A stretch of DNA of 64,000 nt from the NCBI GenBank assembly GCA_036397835.1, contig DASWIG010000349.1, positions 962 through 64,961 on the forward strand. The letters are read 5' to 3'. Source of the DNA: Thermoanaerobaculia bacterium (GTDB lineage Bacteria; Acidobacteriota; Thermoanaerobaculia; Multivoradales; J023). Positions 8,241-16,562 of the stretch are shown here, piece after piece (the first letter of the stretch is position 1; each line of letters opens with the position of its first letter). The translations under genes and the position numbers were made by a program. Under the pieces are notes generated by a model. The model searched no databases and was not told the DNA's origin. It saw nothing but the letters and a program-made list of their open reading frames with translations.

Positions 8241-9562
8241 TGGACGTGACGACGAAGCGATGGGTATTGACCGCACTCTGCCTGGCGCTCGCCGCCTTCG
8301 CGGCGCCGGCGCAGGACGAGCCGGCACCGGAGGGAGAGCTGGCGTCGCTGGACTTCGAGTCGGGCCCGGCCGAGCCGTTCGACGTCGAGGCCGCGACCGA
8401 CGCCTATCTGGCGCGGCTCTCTCCGGAAGAGCGCGAGCGCTCGGACAGCTACTTCGAAGGCGGCTACTGGCTGCGGCTGTGGGGTTTCCTCTACGGTCTC
8501 GGCGTCGCCTGGCTGCTCCTGGGCACCGGGCTCTCGGCCGGGCTCCGCGACCTGGCGCAGCGGGTGACGCGCTTCTGGGCCGTCCACGTGGTGGTCTTCG
8601 CCGTCCCTTACGTGGTGCTGACGACGCTCCTCGTGTTTCCGTTGACCCTCTACCAGGGATTCTTCCGGGAGCGCCGCTACGGCCTGGCGACCCAGACGCT
8701 CGGCGAGTGGCTGGGCGACCAGGTCAAGGGCCTTGGGGTGGGCCTCGTGCTCACCCCGCTCCTGCTCGTCGCCCTCTACGCCGTCTTCCGCCGCGCGCCG
8801 CGCTCCTGGTGGCTGTGGGGCGCGGGCGTCGCTCTCGTCTTCCTGATGTTCGTGCTGCTGATCGCGCCGGTCTACATCGCGCCGATCTTCAACGCCTACG
8901 AGCCCCTGGAGGATCCGGCGGTGGTCGAGCCGATCCTGGCGATGGCGCGCGCCAACGGCGTCGCAGCGGAAAAGGTCTACCAGTTCGACGCCTCGCGCCA
9001 GTCGACGCGCATCAGCGCCAACGTCAGCGGCTTCCTCGGCACCATGCGCATCTCGCTCAACGACAATCTGCTCGAGCGCAGCACCCTGCCCGAGGTCGAG
9101 GCGGTGATGGGGCACGAGCTCGGCCACTACGTGCTCAACCACATCTACGAGTCGATCGTCTTCTTCGGCGTCGTGCTGGTGGCGGGGTTTGCCTTCCTGC
9201 GCTGGTCGTTCGACCGGGCGGTGGCGCGCTGGGGCGGGCGCTGGCGGGTGCGGGGCATCGCCGACGTGGCGGGGCTGCCGCTGCTCGGAGCGATCCTCTC
9301 GGTCTTCTTCTTCGTGCTGACGCCGGTGACCAACACCTACGTCCGGGTCAACGAGGCGGAAGCCGACGTCTTCGGCCTCAACGCGGCGCGCCAGCCTGAC
9401 GGCTTCGCCTCGACGGCGATCAAGCTCAGCGAGTACCGCAAGCTGGATCCCGGCCCGCTCGAGGAGTGGATCTTCTACGACCACCCGAGCGGCCGGGCGC
9501 GGGTCGAGATGGCGATGCGCTGGAAGGCCGAGAGCCGCGCCGAAGAACCGTGGAGACCATGA
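8240..9562 (+). CDS. M48-family zinc metallopeptidase (HtpX/Ste24-like) with N-terminal signal peptide and multiple TM helices
   Basis: HELGHYVLNH HExxH motif. ATG 8240 overlaps the TGA of the upstream gene (ATGA). Hydrophobic segments. Confidence 0.75.
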   Translation: MDVTTKRWVLTALCLALAAFAAPAQDEPAPEGELASLDFESGPAEPFDVEAATDAYLARLSPEERERSDSYFEGGYWLRLWGFLYGLGVAWLLLGTGLSAGLRDLAQRVTRFWAVHVVVFAVPYVVLTTLLVFPLTLYQGFFRERRYGLATQTLGEWLGDQVKGLGVGLVLTPLLLVALYAVFRRAPRSWWLWGAGVALVFLMFVLLIAPVYIAPIFNAYEPLEDPAVVEPILAMARANGVAAEKVYQFDASRQSTRISANVSGFLGTMRISLNDNLLERSTLPEVEAVMGHELGHYVLNHIYESIVFFGVVLVAGFAFLRWSFDRAVARWGGRWRVRGIADVAGLPLLGAILSVFFFVLTPVTNTYVRVNEAEADVFGLNAARQPDGFASTAIKLSEYRKLDPGPLEEWIFYDHPSGRARVEMAMRWKAESRAEEPWRP

Positions 9563-9565
9563 CGA

Positions 9566-11476
9566 GTGTGTGGAATCGCCGGCTACCTGACGTTCAACCG
9601 TCCACCTGAGCGATCGGTCTTGCAAGCCATGGCTGGTCGGATGTTCCACCGGGGTCCGGACGCCGAGGGCTTTTTCCTCGACGAGCACATGGGCTTCGCA
9701 TTTCGACGCCTGGGGATCATCGATCTCGAGAGCGGCGACCAGCCCATCTACAGCGAAGACCGTTCCCTGGTGATGATCGCCAACGGCGAGATCTTCAATT
9801 ACAAGGAATTGAAAGAAGATCTACTGAAGCGGAATCATCAATTCTATACACAGACCGACGTGGAGGTCCTGGTCCATCTCTACGAAGACCATGGGCCGGC
9901 ATGTGTGAAAAAGCTCAACGGTCAGTTTGCATTCGCCGTCTGGGATCGGCGTGAGCGCACGCTGTTCTTGACCCGGGATCACTTGGGCATCTGTCCACTC
10001 TATTACACCGAGGTGGAGGGCGCGTTCGTTTTCGGCTCCGAGATCAAGGCCATCCTCGAGCATCCCGGCGTCGAGCGGCGGGTGGAACTGACCGGCCTGG
10101 ATCAGGTCTTCACCTTCCCGGGCCTGGTGAGCCCTCATACCCTCTTCCACGACATTCGACGGTTGGAGAACGGTCATTATCTATTGGTGCGGGAGACGGG
10201 GGTCGTGGATCGCGAGTACTGGGACCTGGTCTACCCGACCTGCGACGAGGCGCTGCCGGCAAGGCCGGAGAGCTACTACGTCGAGGCCCTGGCGGAGATC
10301 TTCCAGCGCTCGGTGGCCTATCGCCTGCAGGCCGACGTGCCGGTGGGCTTCTACCTGAGTGGCGGTCTCGACTCCTCGCTGATCGCGGCGGCGATCCACC
10401 GTCTGGCACCGGACCAGCGCCGGCACGCCTTCGCCATCAATTTTGCGGACCAGGAGGCCGACGAACGCCAGTACCAGGAGATCATGGCGAGGCAGGTGAA
10501 GTGCTACCTCCATGAGCATCGTTTCGACTGGCGGCGAACCTCCGAGCTCATGCACGACATGGTCTACCACGCGGAGTGTCCGGTCAAGGAGACCTACAAC
10601 ACTTGCTCCATGGTGCTCTCACGGATGGCCCGCGAGCACGGAGTCAAGGTGATCCTCACCGGCGAGGGTGCCGACGAGCTCTTCGCCGGTTATATCGGCT
10701 ACCGGCTCGACGCCCTGCGCTCGCCCTCGCCGGGATCGTCGTCCTTCGAGGAAATCCTCGAGGAGGAGCTGAGGCAGCGGCTATGGGGCACCCCGGATCT
10801 CTTCTACGAGCACAACTACCATGCTCTGGGGGAAACCAAGCAGGCCCTCTACGCCACCGAGGTGCGGCGGGGATTCGCCGCGTTCGATTGCCTGCGAGAG
10901 CCGGTGGTGAGAAAAGACCGGCTCGAGAATCGCCACCCCCTGCACCAGCGCTCCTATCTCGACTACAAGCTGCGCATGGCGGACCATCTGCTGATGGACC
11001 ACGGCGACCAGATGGCGCTGGCTCATTCCGTCGAAGCCCGCTATCCCTTCCTGGACGTCGACCTCGTCGAATTCGCTCGCCAGATGCCGCCGGAGCTGAA
11101 GCTCAACGGCTTTCGCGAGAAGTACGTCCTGCGCAAGATGGGGGAGGGCATGCTGCCGGCGTCCATCCTGGATCGGGAGAAGTTCGGATGGTACGCTCCC
11201 GGCAGTCCCCAGCTCCTCCAAGCGGGCGTGGAGTGGATTCAGGACGTCCTCTCTTACGATCGGATCTCGCGCCAGGGCTACTTCGACCCCGACGTGATCG
11301 AGCGCATCAAAACGCAGTATCAAAAACCGGGTTTCCGCTTGAATCAACCCTACGAATGTGACGTCCTGATCGTCGTCGCCAGCTTCGGATTGCTCCTCGA
11401 CGCCTTCGATCTGCCGGACGCCGGCGTCGGGGCCCTCGCTCCGACTGCTCGGTATCCGGCGACGCTGAGCTCGTAA
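9566..11476 (+). CDS. Asparagine synthetase (glutamine-hydrolysing)-like amidotransferase, AsnB family
   Basis: N-terminal MCGIAGY Ntn-amidotransferase nucleophile. PP-loop SGGLDSS. 636 aa. Starts 3 nt after the M48 stop. Visibly lower GC than flanking DNA. Confidence 0.82.
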   Translation: MCGIAGYLTFNRPPERSVLQAMAGRMFHRGPDAEGFFLDEHMGFAFRRLGIIDLESGDQPIYSEDRSLVMIANGEIFNYKELKEDLLKRNHQFYTQTDVEVLVHLYEDHGPACVKKLNGQFAFAVWDRRERTLFLTRDHLGICPLYYTEVEGAFVFGSEIKAILEHPGVERRVELTGLDQVFTFPGLVSPHTLFHDIRRLENGHYLLVRETGVVDREYWDLVYPTCDEALPARPESYYVEALAEIFQRSVAYRLQADVPVGFYLSGGLDSSLIAAAIHRLAPDQRRHAFAINFADQEADERQYQEIMARQVKCYLHEHRFDWRRTSELMHDMVYHAECPVKETYNTCSMVLSRMAREHGVKVILTGEGADELFAGYIGYRLDALRSPSPGSSSFEEILEEELRQRLWGTPDLFYEHNYHALGETKQALYATEVRRGFAAFDCLREPVVRKDRLENRHPLHQRSYLDYKLRMADHLLMDHGDQMALAHSVEARYPFLDVDLVEFARQMPPELKLNGFREKYVLRKMGEGMLPASILDREKFGWYAPGSPQLLQAGVEWIQDVLSYDRISRQGYFDPDVIERIKTQYQKPGFRLNQPYECDVLIVVASFGLLLDAFDLPDAGVGALAPTARYPATLSS

Positions 11477-11489
11477 CCTGGAGAACTTC

Positions 11490-12482
11490 GTGATGAGCCA
11501 TGAATCGACCCCTATCGGCCTCAAGATTTCCTCCCGAGTCTGGAACCAGGAGCACAACCTCCCGCTGCTCATCGAGCCGGAAAGCCCCAGCGACACGGAG
11601 GGCTTGATCGCCTGGTGGCGCGAGAATCGGCCCTGGCTCGACGGCAAGTTGAGCGAGCACGGCGCCGTCCTATTCCGCGGTTTTGGAATCGACTCGCAGG
11701 CTCGTTTGCGGCAGGTGAGCGCCGCGACCTCCGGCCAACTCCTCGATTACGTCGACGGCAACTCTCCGCGGACCAAGATGGAAGCCGGAGTCTACACCTC
11801 CACCGAATATCCTCCCGAGTACTTCATTTCGATGCACAACGAGCTGTCGTACGCCCGGCGCTGGCCGTCGCGGCTCAACTTCTGCTGCGTCACGCCGCCG
11901 GCGACCGGCGGCGAAACCCCGCTGGCGGACAGCCGCAGGATCCTGCGCGAGCTGCGGCCCGAGATCGTGGACGAATTCCGCCGCAAAGGCGTCAAGTACA
12001 TTCGCAACCTCCACGGCGGCGCGGGATTCGGCCCTTCGTGGCAGAAGACCTTCGAGACCGACGAGCGCGCGCTGGCGGAGAAGTTCATTCAGGATTCCGG
12101 GATGAATGCCGAGTGGCAGCCGGACGGGAGCCTGCGGATCACCAGCGTGCGTCCGGCCACCACCGTGCACCCGGTCACCGGCGAGGAGGTGTGGTTCAAC
12201 CAGGCGGACCAGTTCCACCCCTCCACCCATCAACGGGAGGTCTACGAGTCGCTGCTCGTCATGTACCAGGGCCGGGAGGACCAGCTTCCCCAGCACGCCA
12301 CCTTCGGTGACGGCACGCCGCTTGAAGAGTCGATGCTGGACGAGATCCGCGAGACGATTCGCCGCTGCCTGGTGCTGTCCCCCTGGCAGCAAGGGGATCT
12401 GGTCGTCGTGGACAACGTGCTGGTGTGTCACGGCCGGATGCCGTTCACCGGGCCGCGCAAGATCCTGGTCACGATGGCCTAG
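11490..12482 (+). CDS. TauD/TfdA (clavaminate-synthase-like) Fe(II)/2-oxoglutarate-dependent oxygenase, probable amino-acid beta-hydroxylase
   Basis: 330 aa. HNE (MHNELSY) 2-His-1-carboxylate motif plus distal His (VCHGRMPF). Resembles the SyrP/AsnO/VioC-type tailoring enzymes common in NRPS clusters. Confidence 0.7.
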   Translation: MMSHESTPIGLKISSRVWNQEHNLPLLIEPESPSDTEGLIAWWRENRPWLDGKLSEHGAVLFRGFGIDSQARLRQVSAATSGQLLDYVDGNSPRTKMEAGVYTSTEYPPEYFISMHNELSYARRWPSRLNFCCVTPPATGGETPLADSRRILRELRPEIVDEFRRKGVKYIRNLHGGAGFGPSWQKTFETDERALAEKFIQDSGMNAEWQPDGSLRITSVRPATTVHPVTGEEVWFNQADQFHPSTHQREVYESLLVMYQGREDQLPQHATFGDGTPLEESMLDEIRETIRRCLVLSPWQQGDLVVVDNVLVCHGRMPFTGPRKILVTMA

Positions 12483-12511
12483 ATCCAAGCAACCAACGGA
12501 GGAGAAAGAGA

Positions 12512-14746
12512 ATGAAGCTCGCGGGTGCACGAAAGATCCTGATCGGCGGACTGGCCGTCATCCTGTTGCTGGTCCTCGCAGTCGCGGTATGGTGGAGATC
12601 GAGCGGCGAAACGCGGGAGAGCGCCTTCGCCAATCCCGAGGCTCCCCTGAGCATGGCCGAGATGGCCATGGGGGGTGAGAGCGGACCTTTCTATCCCGCC
12701 GCCGTCCACACCCGAAATGGCGCCCTGCTCCCCCAGGAAACCTTCACCGGTTCGGAGAGCTGTAGGGAGTGCCATGCCGAGATCGTCGAGCAGTGGTCGT
12801 CCTCGCCCCACCGTTTTTCCGGCCTCGACAATCCGTGGTATCGGGTGAGCTGGGAGCAGGTGCGCGAGGACCGGGGGCCGCAGGCAGCCCGGTGGTGCGC
12901 CGGCTGCCACACGCCGGCGCTTCTCGTTGCCGGCGCCGCCGACGGGGACGTCGCCGGGCTCCTGGAAGCCCCGGCCGCTGAGACCGGGGTCTCGTGCCTG
13001 GTCTGCCATGGCATTTCCCGCGTCGGCAGCACCTTGGGCCAGGGTCACTATGAGCTCCACGTTCCGTCGCGCCACGCCATGGCCACCCATCCCAACGGCC
13101 TGGTGCGCGGTTTCTACAATCTCCTCGTACGGCTCGATCCGGAGCCCCATCGCCGGGCTTATTCCGTTTCCGATCTGCCCGCGGCCGAGTTTTGCTCGAC
13201 CTGCCACAAGGCCGCCTTGGACGAGCCGATGAGCGGCCACCCCTACCTCAACGTGCTCGACGAGTACCTGCCCTGGCAAGTGAGCAGTGCCTCGGGCAAC
13301 GGCATGATGCAGTCGTACTATTTCCCGGAGCCCCGGAATTGCGTCGACTGCCACATGCCTCGGCCGGCCGGCGGGGCTGATCACCGTTTTGCTTCCACCA
13401 ACACGGCGCTGCCCACCTTCAACGACGATGCGGCGCAGCTCCAAGCAGTGATCGACTCCCTTCGCTCCGGCTTCGTCTCGATCGACCTCTTCGCTATGTC
13501 AGAGGGAATTCCGAGCGCCAACTTGGACACGAGCCGGCCACAGAAAGTTTACGCCCCCCTCAACCGTGTGCCTGCCACCGTGCGCCGGGGAGAATCGAAC
13601 CGTGTGGACGTCGTCCTGCGCAATCGTAGCGTGGGTCACCTCTTCCCAGGCGGTAAGAACGTCCAGTTGGATTGTTGGTACGAGCTGAAGGCGACGGACG
13701 AAAACGGCAAGGTCATCTTCTGGCGGGGCCGCACCGAGCCGGGGGAGCCGGTCGATCCGGGAACACGGTTTTTGGGCGACGTCTGGATCGACGAGAGCTC
13801 CGAACGCGTCCCGGGATACGAGTTCTGGAAGAACCGCACCGACGTGTCGCGGCAACGCCTCATCGCCTACGGCGCGCTGTTGGCGCGCTTTCGCGTCGAC
13901 ATCCCACCGGAAACAGGAAACGAGCTGACGTTGGCCGTCCGCTTGAACTACCGCAGGTTCCGACCCGAATTCACCCGCCGGGTTTTCGACCGTCTGGGTA
14001 GGGAAGGCGTGGAGGTCCCCATCGTCACCCTGGCGGAGGATTCCCTCACCCTGCGCGTGGTCGATGCCGGTGCCGAGCTGCCCGACATGGAGACGGCGGA
14101 GGCGCATCCGGACGCCGACTACGAACGCTGGAACGACTATGCATACGCCCTGGCGATATCCGGGGACGTCCGGTCCTCTCTGGGGGCCTTTCAGCGGCTG
14201 TTGGCGCTCAAGCCCGACTATGGCTTGGCTCATGCCAGCCTGGGAAACCTGCAACGGTTGCTCGGCAATTTCAGCGGCGCGAGGCAGCACCTGGATCAAG
14301 CCCTCGCCCTCGACGCCAACCCTGGCCTGGTTAACTTCCTTTTCGGAATGATCGCTCAGGGTGAGGCCAACTACGAAGACGCCATCAGCCGGATGCGTCG
14401 GGCCGCGGAGCAATACCCGGAAGATTCACGGGTGTGGAAGGAGCTCGGCACGACTCTGCTCCGGAACTCCTCTTACGAGGAGGCCATCCAGGCCTTCGAG
14501 AGGTCCCTGGCCATCACTCCGGAAGACAATTCGGTCCACCTCTCTCTCGCGCTGGCCTACGACTCCCTCGGCGAGAGCCAGCGCGCCGAGGGCCACCGTG
14601 GGTTGAACCAACGCTTTCTCGGCGATCCGTCGGCCAACTCGCTGGTAGGGCTCTTCCTCACCAGTGATCCTCACGCCAGATCGCTACGGCCGCTCTACGA
14701 GTTCTCGTCGATGCCCCTCGACGAGGAGCCGGCGCAGTCGCCGTGA
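12512..14746 (+). CDS. Membrane-anchored pentaheme c-type cytochrome with C-terminal TPR repeats
   Basis: Five CxxCH motifs (CRECH, CAGCH, CLVCH, CSTCH, CVDCH). N-terminal TM anchor (ILIGGLAVILLLVLAVAVWW). TPR-like repeats in the C-terminal third. RBS ggaggag upstream of ATG 12512. Confidence 0.75.
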   Translation: MKLAGARKILIGGLAVILLLVLAVAVWWRSSGETRESAFANPEAPLSMAEMAMGGESGPFYPAAVHTRNGALLPQETFTGSESCRECHAEIVEQWSSSPHRFSGLDNPWYRVSWEQVREDRGPQAARWCAGCHTPALLVAGAADGDVAGLLEAPAAETGVSCLVCHGISRVGSTLGQGHYELHVPSRHAMATHPNGLVRGFYNLLVRLDPEPHRRAYSVSDLPAAEFCSTCHKAALDEPMSGHPYLNVLDEYLPWQVSSASGNGMMQSYYFPEPRNCVDCHMPRPAGGADHRFASTNTALPTFNDDAAQLQAVIDSLRSGFVSIDLFAMSEGIPSANLDTSRPQKVYAPLNRVPATVRRGESNRVDVVLRNRSVGHLFPGGKNVQLDCWYELKATDENGKVIFWRGRTEPGEPVDPGTRFLGDVWIDESSERVPGYEFWKNRTDVSRQRLIAYGALLARFRVDIPPETGNELTLAVRLNYRRFRPEFTRRVFDRLGREGVEVPIVTLAEDSLTLRVVDAGAELPDMETAEAHPDADYERWNDYAYALAISGDVRSSLGAFQRLLALKPDYGLAHASLGNLQRLLGNFSGARQHLDQALALDANPGLVNFLFGMIAQGEANYEDAISRMRRAAEQYPEDSRVWKELGTTLLRNSSYEEAIQAFERSLAITPEDNSVHLSLALAYDSLGESQRAEGHRGLNQRFLGDPSANSLVGLFLTSDPHARSLRPLYEFSSMPLDEEPAQSP

Positions 14747-14761
14747 CCCGGAGGTGCTCTC

Positions 14762-16555
14762 ATGTCGTTGATGCGTGTCCTTTCCGTGGGGGCTTTCCAT
14801 CTCCGAGCTTCGACGTTTTGGCTGGCGCTCGCCTGGCTGGCGGCCTGTGGCGGGAGACTTTCCGAGGTGGCGACCGAAGGGGCGGGGGAGCCGGCTGCCG
14901 TGCCGGCGCTCGCTGCACCGGAGGCAGCGGAGGCAACGCCGGCGCCCGCGAACGTCCCGGCGGTTCCGGCTACGGTCCGGTTCATCGACGTCACCGCTGG
15001 GAGCGGCCTGTCCTGGGAGCACAACAACGGGGCATTTGGGCAGCGCTGGCTGCCGGAGACCATGGGGCCGGGCGTGGTGCTCTTCGACGCCAACCACGAC
15101 GAGCGGCTCGACGTGCTGTTCGTCGACGCACGCAATTTTGCCGGCCATCCGGGCGCGGCGAGCCCGCCGGCTCTCTTCCTCAATCAGGGCGGCCTGAAGT
15201 TCCAGCGCCAGGCGGCGGAGGCGAACGGATTGACCTGGAGTGCCTACTGCTTCGGTGCCGCCGCGGCGGATTACGACAACGACGGTGACCCCGATCTGTA
15301 TTTCACGTGTCTCGATCGCGACCGGCTCTTGGAGAACGAAGACGGCCGCTTCGTCGACGTCAGTGCCCGGGCCGGGCTGAGCGAGGAGAGCGAGCTCGGG
15401 GCGTCGGTCGCCTTTTTCGACGCCGACCGTGACGGACATCTGGACGTCTTCGCCACTTGCTATGCCGTGTGGACGCCCGAAAAAGACGTCTTCTGCTCCT
15501 TCGACGGCGCCACCAAGTCCTACTGTGCGCCGACCCTCTACCAAGGGCTCGCGTCGCGTTACTACCACAATCGAGGCGACGGCACCTTTGCGGACCGAAC
15601 CTTCGCGGTCGGTCTTGCCGACCCGGGGGCCAAGGCATTGGGCGTGATCCCCACGGACCTCGACGGCGACGGCTGGATCGACCTGGTGGTGGCCTGCGAC
15701 ACCTACCGCAACCTCCTCTTCCACAACCAGGGGGACGGGACCTTCGAGGAGATCGGGCTTCAGGCCGGCGTGGCCCTCGCTCTGAACGGCAGAGCGCAAG
15801 GGGGCATGGGAGTCACCTCCGGCGACTACGACCGCAGTGGACGGCCCAGTCTCGCGATCACCTACTTCGCCTTCGAATCGACAGGGCTCTACCACAACGA
15901 GGGCCATCGCCTTTTCCGGGAGGTGGCCCGGAACCAGGAGATCGGACGCAACACCTATACCACCCTCGGCTGGGGTTGCTTCTTTTTCGACTACGACCTC
16001 GACGGTTGGTTGGATCTCTTCATCGCCAACGGCGACCTCGACGGCGAGAGGGCGAAATTCCTGGACAACGTCAGCTACGAGCAACCGCAACAACTTTTCC
16101 GCAACCTGGGCGCCGGCGCTTTCCGCGAGGTGACCGCGGTCGCCGGCGGCGACCTGGCACGGCCCGTGGTGGGACGCGGAGCGGCCTACGGCGATCTGGA
16201 CGAGGACGGCGACCTCGATCTCGTGGTGACGACCAACGGTGGCCCGGCCAAGCTTTTCGAGAACCGCGGTCAAGGCTACGGTCATTGGTTGCGGCTGTCC
16301 CTGACAGGGACTACGAGCAACCGTGATGCCCTCGGCACCCGCGTCGAGGTCACGGCGCAGGGATCGACGCAGACCGCCGAGCTCCACACCGGCGGCAGCT
16401 ATCTCTCCCAGTCCCAGGTCGATCCCGTCTTCGGCCTGGGCACCGCGACCCGCGTCGACGAAATCGTCGTCCACTGGCCTTCGGGAAGGGTCGAACGCCT
16501 GAGCGGGGTGGCGGTCGACCAGCGGTTGAAGATCGTCGAGAGCCGGGAACAGTGA
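14762..16555 (+). CDS. CRTAC1-family FG-GAP repeat lipoprotein with C-terminal ASPIC/UnbV domain
   Basis: Lipoprotein signal (LAWLAACGG). Repeated D-x-D-x-DG (FG-GAP/VCBS) motifs. C-terminal ...VHWPSGRVERLSGVAVDQRLKIVE is typical of UnbV_ASPIC. Confidence 0.72.
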   Translation: MSLMRVLSVGAFHLRASTFWLALAWLAACGGRLSEVATEGAGEPAAVPALAAPEAAEATPAPANVPAVPATVRFIDVTAGSGLSWEHNNGAFGQRWLPETMGPGVVLFDANHDERLDVLFVDARNFAGHPGAASPPALFLNQGGLKFQRQAAEANGLTWSAYCFGAAAADYDNDGDPDLYFTCLDRDRLLENEDGRFVDVSARAGLSEESELGASVAFFDADRDGHLDVFATCYAVWTPEKDVFCSFDGATKSYCAPTLYQGLASRYYHNRGDGTFADRTFAVGLADPGAKALGVIPTDLDGDGWIDLVVACDTYRNLLFHNQGDGTFEEIGLQAGVALALNGRAQGGMGVTSGDYDRSGRPSLAITYFAFESTGLYHNEGHRLFREVARNQEIGRNTYTTLGWGCFFFDYDLDGWLDLFIANGDLDGERAKFLDNVSYEQPQQLFRNLGAGAFREVTAVAGGDLARPVVGRGAAYGDLDEDGDLDLVVTTNGGPAKLFENRGQGYGHWLRLSLTGTTSNRDALGTRVEVTAQGSTQTAELHTGGSYLSQSQVDPVFGLGTATRVDEIVVHWPSGRVERLSGVAVDQRLKIVESREQ

Positions 16556-16562
16556 AAGCTTT

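Noticed and set aside
8141-9562. N-terminal extension of the M48 peptidase ORF to 8141
   Set aside because: The extension overlaps the EAL domain coding region. ATG 8240 gives a proper signal peptide and overlaps the upstream stop.
9566-11476. AsnB-like protein as a lasso-peptide cyclase (C protein)
   Set aside because: No B-protein (transglutaminase-like protease/RRE) or short precursor ORF nearby. The adjacent TauD-type oxygenase and NRPS context fit amino-acid tailoring better.
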